64,000 nt of DNA from Spirochaetia bacterium (lineage in GTDB: Bacteria; Spirochaetota; Spirochaetia; CADAEX01), in the NCBI GenBank assembly GCA_963662795.1, contig OY759746.1, forward strand, positions 480,001 to 544,000, given 5' to 3'. The translations under genes and the position numbers were made by a program. The notes beneath the pieces were generated by a model that saw only the letters and a list, made by a program, of their open reading frames with translations, was not told the DNA's origin and did not search any database. Below are positions 19,440 to 28,462 of the stretch, in pieces (within the stretch, counting starts at the first letter, position 1; every line of letters begins with the position of its first letter).

Positions 19440-21761
19440 TTGTCAAAAAAACAGAAAATTATAGCAATTGCAGGGAATCCCAACTGCGGTAAATCTGCTC
19501 TTTTTAACGCACTGACAGGAAGCAATCAGTATATAGGGAACTGGCCCGGGGTTACGGTTGAAAAAAAAGAAGGCGAGTTTAAAGTAAGCGGAGTAACATA
19601 CAAGGTTGTTGACCTGCCGGGTATATACTCTTTTTCAGCTTATTCTGATGATGAAAGAGCGGCAAGGGACTATATACTGAGCGGCGAACCCGACCTTATT
19701 GTAAATGTTGTTGATTCAACAAATATTGAAAGAAACCTCTATCTAACGACACAGCTCCTTGAAATGAAGGCGCCGGTTCTTATCCTCCTTAACATGATAG
19801 ATCTGGCTGAGAGAAACGGAATAACCATAGACAGCGGGTTTATGGCATCAACACTCGACTCTAAAGTCCTGCCTGTGTCTGTTCTGAATAAAAGCGATAT
19901 TGAGACAGTAAAACAGGCTATCGCGGATCAGCTTTCTTCCGGTGAGATAAAAAAACCGGATGTAAAGATCGTATACCCCAATGAAATTGAGGATATCCTT
20001 ACAGCATGGGAAGGGCCTCTTTCAAAACTCGGGGATAAAGTAAATACAGATTCAAGATGGCTTTCCCTGAAAATTCTCGAAGGAGACGAGTGGGTTATAG
20101 ACAGGGCAGTATCGGAAGGTCTTCTTACCGCAGAGAATATCAGCACATCAATCTTCGGAATAACAAATATACTTAAAGATACCCCGGATATTCTTATAGC
20201 TGAATACAGATACGCGCACATAACCGGTCTTGTAAAAAAGACAGTGCACAAAAAAATTGACAGAAAATCTGTTACAGACAAGATCGACAACTTTGTAATG
20301 AACAAGGTGCTTGGAATTCCTTTCTTTTTTCTTGTCATGTACGCAGTTTTCTGGGTTTCTGTAAGCTTCGGCTCTGTTTTTATCGATTTCTTCGATATTT
20401 TATTCGGAGCAGTTTTTGTAGAAGGGCTGGGAATACTGCTTAAGTCTCTGGGCGCAGGGGAATGGATTGTAACCCTTGTCGCAGGCGGGATCGGAGCAGG
20501 CGTACAGACTGTCGCAACTTTTATACCTGTCATATTTTTCATGTTTCTTATGCTTTCCCTGCTTGAGGATTCAGGTTACATGTCGAGGGCAGCATTTGTA
20601 ATGGACAGATTCATGAAGGTGCTGGGCCTTCCCGGAAAAGCTTTCGTACCCATGATTGTCGGGTTCGGATGCACAGTGCCGGCAATACTTGCGACAAGAA
20701 CACTTGAATCGAAAAAAGACAGATACCTTACAATTTACATGACTCCTCTTATGTCCTGCGGCGCAAGACTGCCTGTATATGCCCTTTTCGGAGCAGCATT
20801 TTTCGGACAGATGGCAGGCCGCATTGTTTTCTCCCTCTACATGGTCGGAGTCCTACTTGCGGTCCTTACCGGATTTCTCCTTAAAAAAACACTGTTCAAG
20901 GGAGAATATTCCCAGTTTATAATGGAACTCCCTCCATACCATACTCCAAGAATGAAGCATATAATGATGCACACATGGAACAGACTGAAAATATTCATAA
21001 TCAGGGCAGGCAAGGTAATTGTATTCCTTGTGGTTCTGCTGAGCCTTCTAAACTCGATAAGTACGGACTTTAAAATCGGGGAAACAGATCCGCAGAAATC
21101 ACTTCTTGCCAAAATAGGGATATCAATAACCCCTCTTTTCATGCCTATGGGAATAGAGAGGGATAACTGGCCCGCGGTTGCAGGACTTTTCAGCGGCCTG
21201 TTTGCCAAGGAATCGGTCGTGGGAACAATGAACTCGCTATACAGCCAGATTTACATGGCAGAGAATTCAGGCTTTTCCGGCGGCACAGACATCTCAGGAG
21301 CAGAGGATAAAATCCCTGATAAGGATAATTCTTTCAGCTTTTCCGGGGAACTGAAAGCAGCCTTTTTATCCATAGCCGTGAATCTGAAAGAGATTTTTCC
21401 ACAGGGCGGCAGATCGGAAAATAAAGGAATTGCCGCTGCTGAAGAAAATCCTGAGCCTGAATATGGCAACAGCATCCTTAACCACATCAGGGACAGGTTT
21501 ACAAAAGCAAGCGCTTATTCTTTTCTTCTGTTTGTTCTGATTTATTTCCCGTGCGTCGCGGCCCTTGCTGCCGCAATAAGGGAAATGGATGCTTTTTTCG
21601 GGACTCTTCTGCCGGTTTATCTTACTGTCATGGCCTGGGTAATATCAACACTTTTCTATCAGACAGTGGAAGGTCACAACCCTGTATGGATAGCAGTGCC
21701 TCTGGTAATCATTACACTCCTCTTCGGAGGACTTAAAATCATCGGCTCTTCACGGAGTTAA
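19440..21761 (+). CDS. feoB: Ferrous iron transport protein B
   Basis: GNPNCGKS, GNWPGVTVE, DLPGIYS, LEDSGYMSRAAF, GFGCTVPA, MELPPY. Confidence 0.96.
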   Translation: MSKKQKIIAIAGNPNCGKSALFNALTGSNQYIGNWPGVTVEKKEGEFKVSGVTYKVVDLPGIYSFSAYSDDERAARDYILSGEPDLIVNVVDSTNIERNLYLTTQLLEMKAPVLILLNMIDLAERNGITIDSGFMASTLDSKVLPVSVLNKSDIETVKQAIADQLSSGEIKKPDVKIVYPNEIEDILTAWEGPLSKLGDKVNTDSRWLSLKILEGDEWVIDRAVSEGLLTAENISTSIFGITNILKDTPDILIAEYRYAHITGLVKKTVHKKIDRKSVTDKIDNFVMNKVLGIPFFFLVMYAVFWVSVSFGSVFIDFFDILFGAVFVEGLGILLKSLGAGEWIVTLVAGGIGAGVQTVATFIPVIFFMFLMLSLLEDSGYMSRAAFVMDRFMKVLGLPGKAFVPMIVGFGCTVPAILATRTLESKKDRYLTIYMTPLMSCGARLPVYALFGAAFFGQMAGRIVFSLYMVGVLLAVLTGFLLKKTLFKGEYSQFIMELPPYHTPRMKHIMMHTWNRLKIFIIRAGKVIVFLVVLLSLLNSISTDFKIGETDPQKSLLAKIGISITPLFMPMGIERDNWPAVAGLFSGLFAKESVVGTMNSLYSQIYMAENSGFSGGTDISGAEDKIPDKDNSFSFSGELKAAFLSIAVNLKEIFPQGGRSENKGIAAAEENPEPEYGNSILNHIRDRFTKASAYSFLLFVLIYFPCVAALAAAIREMDAFFGTLLPVYLTVMAWVISTLFYQTVEGHNPVWIAVPLVIITLLFGGLKIIGSSRS

Positions 21762-21784
21762 CCGGGCGGTTTTACAGGTATTTT

Positions 21785-22480
21785 TCAGGCTTGAAGGGCA
21801 GTCCATTTTTTATCTTCCCAGTTATAAATCTCGTAGGGACTGAATCTTGTCTTGTAGTCCATGGAGCTGTTCCCCTTAACATAGTAACCGGGATAGTAAT
21901 ATTTTTTGCCGAGTGTCCTTGCAGTATCAATTTCTATCATACAGCTTAAAATTCCAGGCGTAAGATATGAAAAATCAGGGTCAAAGGCAAAATAAACTGA
22001 ACTAAGGCCGTCCGAAGCGCTGTCGAGATATCCTGTCCCGAAAAGGGCCCCTCCTGACCTGTACTCCATTATAAATGAAGGGGCGGCGCTTGTGCAGAAA
22101 TCCTGAATATATCTTTCCCTGCTGGTTTTCTGACCGAACCTTACTGATGAGTGTTTTTTATATATAAGGTATCTTTCTTCACTGAATGTGTTTGATGTTA
22201 TCTGAATATCAGTGTTACTGTTTTTTCTTAAAATCCTTCTCTGGCTCTTTGTAGGGGTGTATTTATCCGCCATTACCCTAACAGGCAGGCATTTGCCGCA
22301 GCCCGGGCATACGGGACGGAAAAAATAAAACCCGAACTTTCTCCATCCGGAAGCGACAAGAGACGCGAACTCCTCCTCCCCCATACTCCAGGCAAGAAAA
22401 AATTCCTGTGTAAATAATCTGCCGGGCAGATAGGGGCATTTTACGGGTTTTGCCTTTTTTTTCTCCCTGATAACAATCAT
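21785..22480 (-). CDS. Arginyl-tRNA-protein transferase family protein (ATE/Bpt-like)
   Basis: CPYLP, GWRKFG...RPVC..C..C, LSSVYFAFDP, YYPGY, MDYK. Start set at ATG 22480 after a GGAG RBS. Confidence 0.87.
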   Translation of the reverse strand: MIVIREKKKAKPVKCPYLPGRLFTQEFFLAWSMGEEEFASLVASGWRKFGFYFFRPVCPGCGKCLPVRVMADKYTPTKSQRRILRKNSNTDIQITSNTFSEERYLIYKKHSSVRFGQKTSRERYIQDFCTSAAPSFIMEYRSGGALFGTGYLDSASDGLSSVYFAFDPDFSYLTPGILSCMIEIDTARTLGKKYYYPGYYVKGNSSMDYKTRFSPYEIYNWEDKKWTALQA

Positions 22481-22525
22481 ACTCCAACCATAATCAATTT
22501 TTTTAAGCAATGCCAATAAAAATAA

Positions 22526-22554
22526 TTGATATTTTACTCATTATCCAATATTAT
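22526..22554 (+). promoter_or_regulatory. Sigma-70 promoter upstream of the uracil permease leader
   Basis: TTGATA-N17-TATTAT. Confidence 0.5.
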
Positions 22555-22566
22555 CATTGATTAATT

Positions 22567-22716
22567 ATGTACAGTATTGTGAACACCGTTTTGGACAGCT
22601 TAAGAGTTACAAAAAAAAATCTTCCGGGACACACCCTTGATAGAAATTCATGCAGTAATACTGTTCTGATTAATAAATTGTTTTATAAACCGCCTGTTAT
22701 GGCGGTTTTTTTTTGA
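22567..22716 (+). CDS. Putative 49-aa leader peptide running through the attenuator
   Basis: Open frame MYSIVNTV...KPPVMAVFF with TGA directly after the terminator U-tract; no Shine-Dalgarno. Confidence 0.35.
   Translation: MYSIVNTVLDSLRVTKKNLPGHTLDRNSCSNTVLINKLFYKPPVMAVFF
22688..22714 (+). terminator. Intrinsic terminator (attenuator) in the 5' leader of the uracil permease
   Basis: AAACCGCC-TGTTAT-GGCGG followed by a T run, immediately before the GAGGAGG RBS. Confidence 0.8.
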
Positions 22717-22725
22717 GGAGGTAAA

Positions 22726-23973
22726 ATGATAAAAAGATTTTTCAGCAATTGTGATACCAAAACAGTGGTTCTGGGATTACAGCACACTTTTGTAATGTTC
22801 GGGGCAACAGTACTTGTTCCGATAATTACAGGGCTTGATGTCGGGGTTGCCCTGTTTGCGGCAGGAGCAGGTACCCTTATTTTTCATTTCGTCACAGGAT
22901 TTAAGGTCCCGATTTTCCTGGGCAGTTCATTTGCGTTTATTCCCCCCATTTTGGCAATAGTGCAGAGCGGCGGTTCTATTGCAACAGCACTCGGCGGTGT
23001 TTTCTGCGCAGGTCTGTTATATATTCTGGTTGCAGTAATCCTTAAATTCATTGACCCGGATTTTATCGAAAAAATTCTGCCGGCCCATGTTACCGGCCCG
23101 ATGATAGTACTGATAGGGCTTATGCTTTCGAGTGTAGCTATCCAGCAGGCAAGCGGAGCATACGGACTTGCAGAAATCAAGGGAACAATGAGCTGCTGGG
23201 CACTTGCGCTTTTTACCCTCTCTACAGGCATTTTCATAAAAATATATTTCGGAAGACATGGAAAAAGCTTTCTTTCAGCGCTTCCCGTACTTATTTCTCT
23301 TATCGCAGGCTATTTTGCCGCGGCAGTAACAGGTTTTGTTGACTTCACTTCAGTGCAGGAAGCGGCCTGGTTTGGAGTACCCCAGTTCACATTCCCGAAA
23401 TTCAACGCTTCTGCCATCAGCATAGCGGTTCCGGTCGCAATTGTGACTATTGTGGAACATTTCGGCGATATTCTTGCAATCGGAAATGTAACAGGAAAGG
23501 ATTATATAAAAGACCCTGGTATCAGCAGAACACTGCTTGGAGACGGTATAGCGACTTCACTTTCTGCTTTAATCGGCGGCCCCGCAAACACAACCTATTC
23601 GGAAAATACAGGCGCTGTTGCCCTTACCGGCAACTTCAACCCGACAATTATGAGAATAGCAGCCCTGTTTGCGATAACTCTTTCCTTTATTCCAAAATTT
23701 ACGGCAGTAATTCAGAGTATCCCCTCCCCCGTAATCGGAGGCATTTCAATACTGCTCTTTGGAATGATCGCATCGATCGGTATAAAAAACATGGTTGACG
23801 CAAGGGTTGACCTTACAGACCCTGCGCTTCTGATAATAACATCAACAATGTTTGTTCTGGGTCTCGGCGGCGCGGAATGGGTTTTCGGCCCGTTAAGATT
23901 CAGCGGACTTGGACTTTCAGCAATTGTAGGTATTCTGCTTAACATAATTATCAACAGGAAATCACTCAAATAA
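22726..23973 (+). CDS. uraA: Uracil/xanthine permease (NCS2 family, UraA/PyrP-like)
   Basis: LGLQHTFVMFGATVLVP, FLGSSFAFI, EHFGD, GGPANTTYSENTG. Confidence 0.9.
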   Translation: MIKRFFSNCDTKTVVLGLQHTFVMFGATVLVPIITGLDVGVALFAAGAGTLIFHFVTGFKVPIFLGSSFAFIPPILAIVQSGGSIATALGGVFCAGLLYILVAVILKFIDPDFIEKILPAHVTGPMIVLIGLMLSSVAIQQASGAYGLAEIKGTMSCWALALFTLSTGIFIKIYFGRHGKSFLSALPVLISLIAGYFAAAVTGFVDFTSVQEAAWFGVPQFTFPKFNASAISIAVPVAIVTIVEHFGDILAIGNVTGKDYIKDPGISRTLLGDGIATSLSALIGGPANTTYSENTGAVALTGNFNPTIMRIAALFAITLSFIPKFTAVIQSIPSPVIGGISILLFGMIASIGIKNMVDARVDLTDPALLIITSTMFVLGLGGAEWVFGPLRFSGLGLSAIVGILLNIIINRKSLK

Positions 23974-24000
23974 TTTTCAAAAGCAGTAACCACTGCAAAT

Positions 24001-24044
24001 AAAAACCGGCGGCCTGTATAACTGACAAGCTCCGCCGGTTTTTT
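24001..24044. terminator. Bidirectional terminator between convergent genes
   Basis: AAAAACCGGCGG ... CCGCCGGTTTTT. Confidence 0.75.
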
Positions 24045-24075
24045 ATTCCCTAAATATTTTACCGTTTAAGGTGTT

Positions 24076-25002
24076 TTACTTTTTCTCAGCAAATCCCGCG
24101 CCTGAGAGCTTGTCAAGCGCAAGCACAAGAGAGTGGGTACCTGAAGTTCCATGTCCCATGGCTTTTAACACTGTATAGAGCTGATGCACAAGCGTAAGGC
24201 CCGGAAGGTTGAGATTCATCCTCTTTGCCTCTTCAAGCGCAATTCCCATATCCTTGATATAGTGTTCAACCATAAAACCGGGATCATAGTTGCCCTTTAA
24301 TATCCTGGGCCCGTAGTTTTCAAGAGACCAGCTTGCAGCGGCCCCACCCTTGATTGTGTTTACCATATCTTCGAGGTTAAGCCCTGCCTTATAGCCGTAA
24401 ATAAGCGCCTCGCTCATTCCTATCATGATTCCTGTAATGGCTATCTGGTTGCACATTTTTGTATGCTGTCCTGTGCCGGCTTTTCCCGTATATCTTATAT
24501 TTTTCCCCATGAAATTGAAAAGCGGCAGCATCTTATCAAATACTTCCTTATCTCCGCCTGACATTACTGTAAGACGGGCTTCTTTGGCTCCGACATCGCC
24601 GCCTGAAACCGGCGCATCGAGCGCGTGGCACCCTGTTTCTTTTGCTTTTTCATATATTTCGACAGCAAGTGAAGGTTCTGTTGTAGTCATATCAACAAGA
24701 TATTTCCCCCCTTTCTCAGAGCAGCTTTTGATTATCCCGCTGTCGCCGAAATAAACTTCCCTGACATCTTTGGGATAACCTACAATTGTAAAAACAATAT
24801 CAGCGTCTTTTGCTGCCTCGTAAGGGGTACCGGCCCACATGGCGCCCATTTCAAGAAGTCCTTTTGCTTTTTCCTTTGTCCTGTTATAAACAGTCACGCT
24901 GTAGCCGGCTTCCATAAGGTGCCTGCACATCCAGAATCCCATAACGCCTGTGCCGATCCAGCCGATCCTCATATTTTTATCCTGATTAGTCTGATTATCC
25001 AT
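24076..25002 (-). CDS. NAD(P)-dependent beta-hydroxyacid dehydrogenase (3-hydroxyisobutyrate dehydrogenase family)
   Basis: GWIGTGVMG, DAPVSGGDVGA, GQHTKMCNQI, KDMGIAL; GGAGG RBS before ATG 25002. Confidence 0.9.
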   Translation of the reverse strand: MDNQTNQDKNMRIGWIGTGVMGFWMCRHLMEAGYSVTVYNRTKEKAKGLLEMGAMWAGTPYEAAKDADIVFTIVGYPKDVREVYFGDSGIIKSCSEKGGKYLVDMTTTEPSLAVEIYEKAKETGCHALDAPVSGGDVGAKEARLTVMSGGDKEVFDKMLPLFNFMGKNIRYTGKAGTGQHTKMCNQIAITGIMIGMSEALIYGYKAGLNLEDMVNTIKGGAAASWSLENYGPRILKGNYDPGFMVEHYIKDMGIALEEAKRMNLNLPGLTLVHQLYTVLKAMGHGTSGTHSLVLALDKLSGAGFAEKK

Positions 25003-25168
25003 AGTTATTCCTCCATGATTTTTACGGGATTCGTACTTTATATTTGTATTGTAACACCTTTGCATATTTTAGGCAAAACATGAATTCATGTTTTCAGTCT
25101 GCGTTTATTTGATTATATTATTTATGGCTACTCTGCCGCCAAAGATAAAAAACCTTCCGGATGGTAAA

Positions 25169-25891
25169 ATGATAAAAGTAAATAAAAGTCTTGCAACAAA
25201 TATTACAGCTCTCCTTATTACGGCAGGCGGCTGGTTTTCGCCCCTGTACAGAGACCAGCTGCTGTCTACCGGAGCGTTTGCCCTTTCAGGGGCCATTACC
25301 AACTGGCTTGCGGTATATATGCTTTTCGACAGGATACCATTTGTTTACGGCTCAGGCGTTGTGCCGCTGCATTTTGAGGATTTCAAGAAAGGAATAAAAA
25401 ATCTTGTATCAGAGCAGTTCTTTTCTGAAAAAAACATAGCACTCTTTGCTCTGTCAGCATCCGGCATGTTTAAAAATGTATTAAGCAGTGAAAATATCAG
25501 ACAGCTTATAGATTATGATCTTCTGTTTGACCGGCTTAAAGAAATAATACTTGCGACTTCTTTCGGCGGAATGCTTGGTGTTTTCGGCGGAAAAGGGATC
25601 CTGGAAGGATTCAGGGTAAGGTTCAGGGAAAAGATGGAACTTGCCGTAATAGAAATGGCGGAAAGCGCGAAACTTGAAAAAATAATAGAAAAGGAAATTA
25701 CAGGTGAAAAATCGAGAGCGCTTATCAGGGCAAAGCTTGATGATATGATTGACGCAAGGCTTGAAGAATTAACCCCGCAGATGGTGAAGGAAATAATTCA
25801 GGAAATGATAAAAAAACACCTCGGCTGGCTTGTTGTCTGGGGAGGTGTTTTCGGCGGACTGATCGGACTTGCGGTAAGTTTTTCGCAGTAA
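25169..25891 (+). CDS. DUF445 family membrane protein
   Basis: FALSGAITNWLAVYMLF, YGSGVVP, HLGWLVVWGGVFGG. Start uncertain. Confidence 0.8.
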   Translation: MIKVNKSLATNITALLITAGGWFSPLYRDQLLSTGAFALSGAITNWLAVYMLFDRIPFVYGSGVVPLHFEDFKKGIKNLVSEQFFSEKNIALFALSASGMFKNVLSSENIRQLIDYDLLFDRLKEIILATSFGGMLGVFGGKGILEGFRVRFREKMELAVIEMAESAKLEKIIEKEITGEKSRALIRAKLDDMIDARLEELTPQMVKEIIQEMIKKHLGWLVVWGGVFGGLIGLAVSFSQ

Positions 25892-25967
25892 TTTTCCCGC
25901 GGCAAGGTCCGGCTGATAACTGAACAGCTATCAGTCAGACAGGACCGGCAGCAGAGCGGGCAGAAAA

Positions 25968-26444
25968 CTATTTTTTACTGATTTTTCCTGTTATATGTTC
26001 AATACTTATACAGAACACTGCAGTCCTTTCAAAAAGCTTATCTATATAAGCCGGGCCGCCATCTTTAAATCCGGGCGAAAATTTTTCAATAAGGGCAGTA
26101 AGAGCTGCCCTTTTTTCAGCATCATTTTCCACAAAAGAGATCTTTCCAAAAGCTGTAATACTTCTGAAATTTGTGGAATATTTAGCAGGAACTATTTCTG
26201 ACGACTGGACTATCGAAATACACACCCTGTTCTCTTTCCTGAAAGCATCAACCTTCTGCCCTTCCATCGCAGAATGAAAATAAACCTTTCCGTCCAGTAA
26301 AACATGGTTAAGCGGGACGCTATAGGGATACCCGTTTTCAAGAACAGTTGAAAGATTCATCCATTCTGTTTTTTCCAGAATATCAATAGCCTCTTCTTCG
26401 CTCATAAGCTTTTCCCTGCGTCTCATCTCCCTGAATTCAGGCAT
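25968..26444 (-). CDS. Pyridoxamine 5'-phosphate oxidase family flavin-binding protein (NimA-like)
   Basis: MRRREK, YPYSVPLNH, YFHSAMEGQK, HITGK; AGGAGA RBS before ATG 26444. Confidence 0.85.
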   Translation of the reverse strand: MPEFREMRRREKLMSEEEAIDILEKTEWMNLSTVLENGYPYSVPLNHVLLDGKVYFHSAMEGQKVDAFRKENRVCISIVQSSEIVPAKYSTNFRSITAFGKISFVENDAEKRAALTALIEKFSPGFKDGGPAYIDKLFERTAVFCISIEHITGKISKK

Positions 26445-27720
26445 TGATGTTCTCCTCAATGTTTTCAAGGCTGCATTTGTCGCCTGGAATAACTGCAAGT
26501 ATGGAAAGAATTCCCATTATAAAAGAAATTATAACAATTGCGGTACCAATCCCCGCCTTATCAGCGATAAACCCTAGAACTATGGCAATAAGCGACGCGG
26601 CAAATGCTGAAAACTGCGAATCGATTGATAGGACAGTTGCAACGATCCCGGGATCAACCATTGAGCTTAAGTATGAAACCCCGATGGGCCTTCTTATATT
26701 TTCAATTACAAATATTAATAAAAAACCTATAATTGCGACTATTGGAATATCTGCTTTCAAAAATACACCGATAACAGCGCCTACTATAAAAACAAGGAAC
26801 AGGGACAGGTTAAGAGGCATGCAGAGGTGTTTGAACCAACCCGCGATATTGCCGGAATTTTTGGATGCGACTGATGTCAGAAGGTAAATTACCGTGTAAA
26901 ACAGGCCTATCATTATGGAAACCCTTTTCTGGTCTTCAAGATACATGAAAAGGGGAATTGAAAGGGCAAACATTGTAATCGCAGGCTGAAGGTAGTCTTT
27001 AACCGCTTTATGAAAACCTTCGGGCACTGAAATGTTGACAATGGTTCTGATAAAAACCGGATTCCTGAGCGCTTTGAAGAAGCTTACAAAAACACCCCTG
27101 ATTGATTCTATTATTTCTGCAGCAGAAAGCCCCTTTATATTCCCGTCCAGCGCTTTCGGATAGCTCATCATCAGAAACAGGTCAATAAAATACGGAATGG
27201 TTGAATAAAGAAATACTATCTTGAGGGTTCCGGTATAATAGACAATCAGCGCGGCAATTACAGCTGAAACCGCTGACCCTATTTGCGAGGCAGACCTTGT
27301 ATGACCATAGTAATGGACTTTCTGGGCAGTCCATCCGTTGATTCTCAGGTATTCAAAAATCATTGCCTTATGGGTACCGGTCCTGAACGCTTCACCGAAG
27401 GAAAAACAGATCATTGCAAATATAAATACTGTAAAGGAAGTTGAGAAATTAAAAATAAAAAAAGCGATTATATAACAGGCAAAGGAGAAAACCATTGTTT
27501 TTCTCCTGCCGAAAGCATCTGCTATTATGCCGGTCGGGATTTCAAGTATATTTACACCTATTTCCCTTATGGAATAAAGGACTCCAATCTGAAGGTAGCT
27601 CAGCCCTTTTTCAATAAAGAAAAGCATCAGAAAAGGTTCGAAAAACCTCAGGTTCTTTAAAAACCCGTAGGTGCAGAATTTATAAAACTGCAGGTCCTTG
27701 CTAAATGTGTTTGCAGGCAT
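26437..27720 (-). CDS. MFS transporter
   Basis: About 12 hydrophobic segments; motif A-like EIPTGIIADAFGRRK. Confidence 0.88.
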   Translation of the reverse strand: MPANTFSKDLQFYKFCTYGFLKNLRFFEPFLMLFFIEKGLSYLQIGVLYSIREIGVNILEIPTGIIADAFGRRKTMVFSFACYIIAFFIFNFSTSFTVFIFAMICFSFGEAFRTGTHKAMIFEYLRINGWTAQKVHYYGHTRSASQIGSAVSAVIAALIVYYTGTLKIVFLYSTIPYFIDLFLMMSYPKALDGNIKGLSAAEIIESIRGVFVSFFKALRNPVFIRTIVNISVPEGFHKAVKDYLQPAITMFALSIPLFMYLEDQKRVSIMIGLFYTVIYLLTSVASKNSGNIAGWFKHLCMPLNLSLFLVFIVGAVIGVFLKADIPIVAIIGFLLIFVIENIRRPIGVSYLSSMVDPGIVATVLSIDSQFSAFAASLIAIVLGFIADKAGIGTAIVIISFIMGILSILAVIPGDKCSLENIEENINA

Positions 27721-27742
27721 AGATTAAAACCATCCTTTTATA

Positions 27743-28447
27743 TCAGGTAAAATCAACTATTTTCAGAAGTTCGTCAAGCGAAGATATTTCATATTCCGGG
27801 GTTATCCCTGAAGTATTTGTCTTTCCTTCCGGATTATACCAGCAGGTATCAAGTCCGTAATTTATCCCGCCGAGGATATCGCTGCTTAAGCTGTCGCCGA
27901 TTACAAGTATTTCTTCTTTTACAGGATCGCTGTTCTGCCTGAGGGCTTCATCAAAAAAATTTTTATCCGGTTTTTTAAAACCTATCTCTTCTGAAATAAC
28001 AATTTTTTTAAAGTATTTTTCTATTCCGGCAGCTTCAAGCCTGTTTCTCTGTACTTTGCCTATCCCGTTTGTTATCAGGGTAAGGACATAACGGCTGCTT
28101 AATTTTTCAAGAATGTCCGATGCTCCTTTTATCATATGGGCGGAGTTCCCAAGATAATCAAGATAGGCCATTGCAATTCGGCTGTAATCTCCCTCATTCA
28201 TACCGGTTTTTCCGCATGCGATGAAAAGTCTTTTAAATCTTTCCACTCTCAGAAAAGCAAGAGATATGCTTCCTTTCTCGAATTCTTTCCACAGCTCTGT
28301 ATTGATTCCTTTGTAATTTAAAACAGCATCATCTTCCGGGCAGCGGATTCCGGTCAGTTTGAATGTTTCGAGCAGGGAAAATTTCTCTGCCGCGCCGTAA
28401 TCAAATATAGTATCATCAGCATCGATAAAAAGGTGTTTGTATTTCAT
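27743..28447 (-). CDS. HAD-family non-canonical pyrimidine nucleotidase (YjjG-like)
   Basis: FIDADDTIFD, ITNG, KKPD, IGDSLSSDILGG. Confidence 0.88.
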   Translation of the reverse strand: MKYKHLFIDADDTIFDYGAAEKFSLLETFKLTGIRCPEDDAVLNYKGINTELWKEFEKGSISLAFLRVERFKRLFIACGKTGMNEGDYSRIAMAYLDYLGNSAHMIKGASDILEKLSSRYVLTLITNGIGKVQRNRLEAAGIEKYFKKIVISEEIGFKKPDKNFFDEALRQNSDPVKEEILVIGDSLSSDILGGINYGLDTCWYNPEGKTNTSGITPEYEISSLDELLKIVDFT

Positions 28448-28462
28448 AATTCGGGCATTATA

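Noticed and set aside
25892-25967. REP-like repeat family (hairpins here, at 40660-40750 and at 52080-52120)
   Set aside because: The hairpins share no clear sequence with each other; they are probably individual terminators or stability stems.
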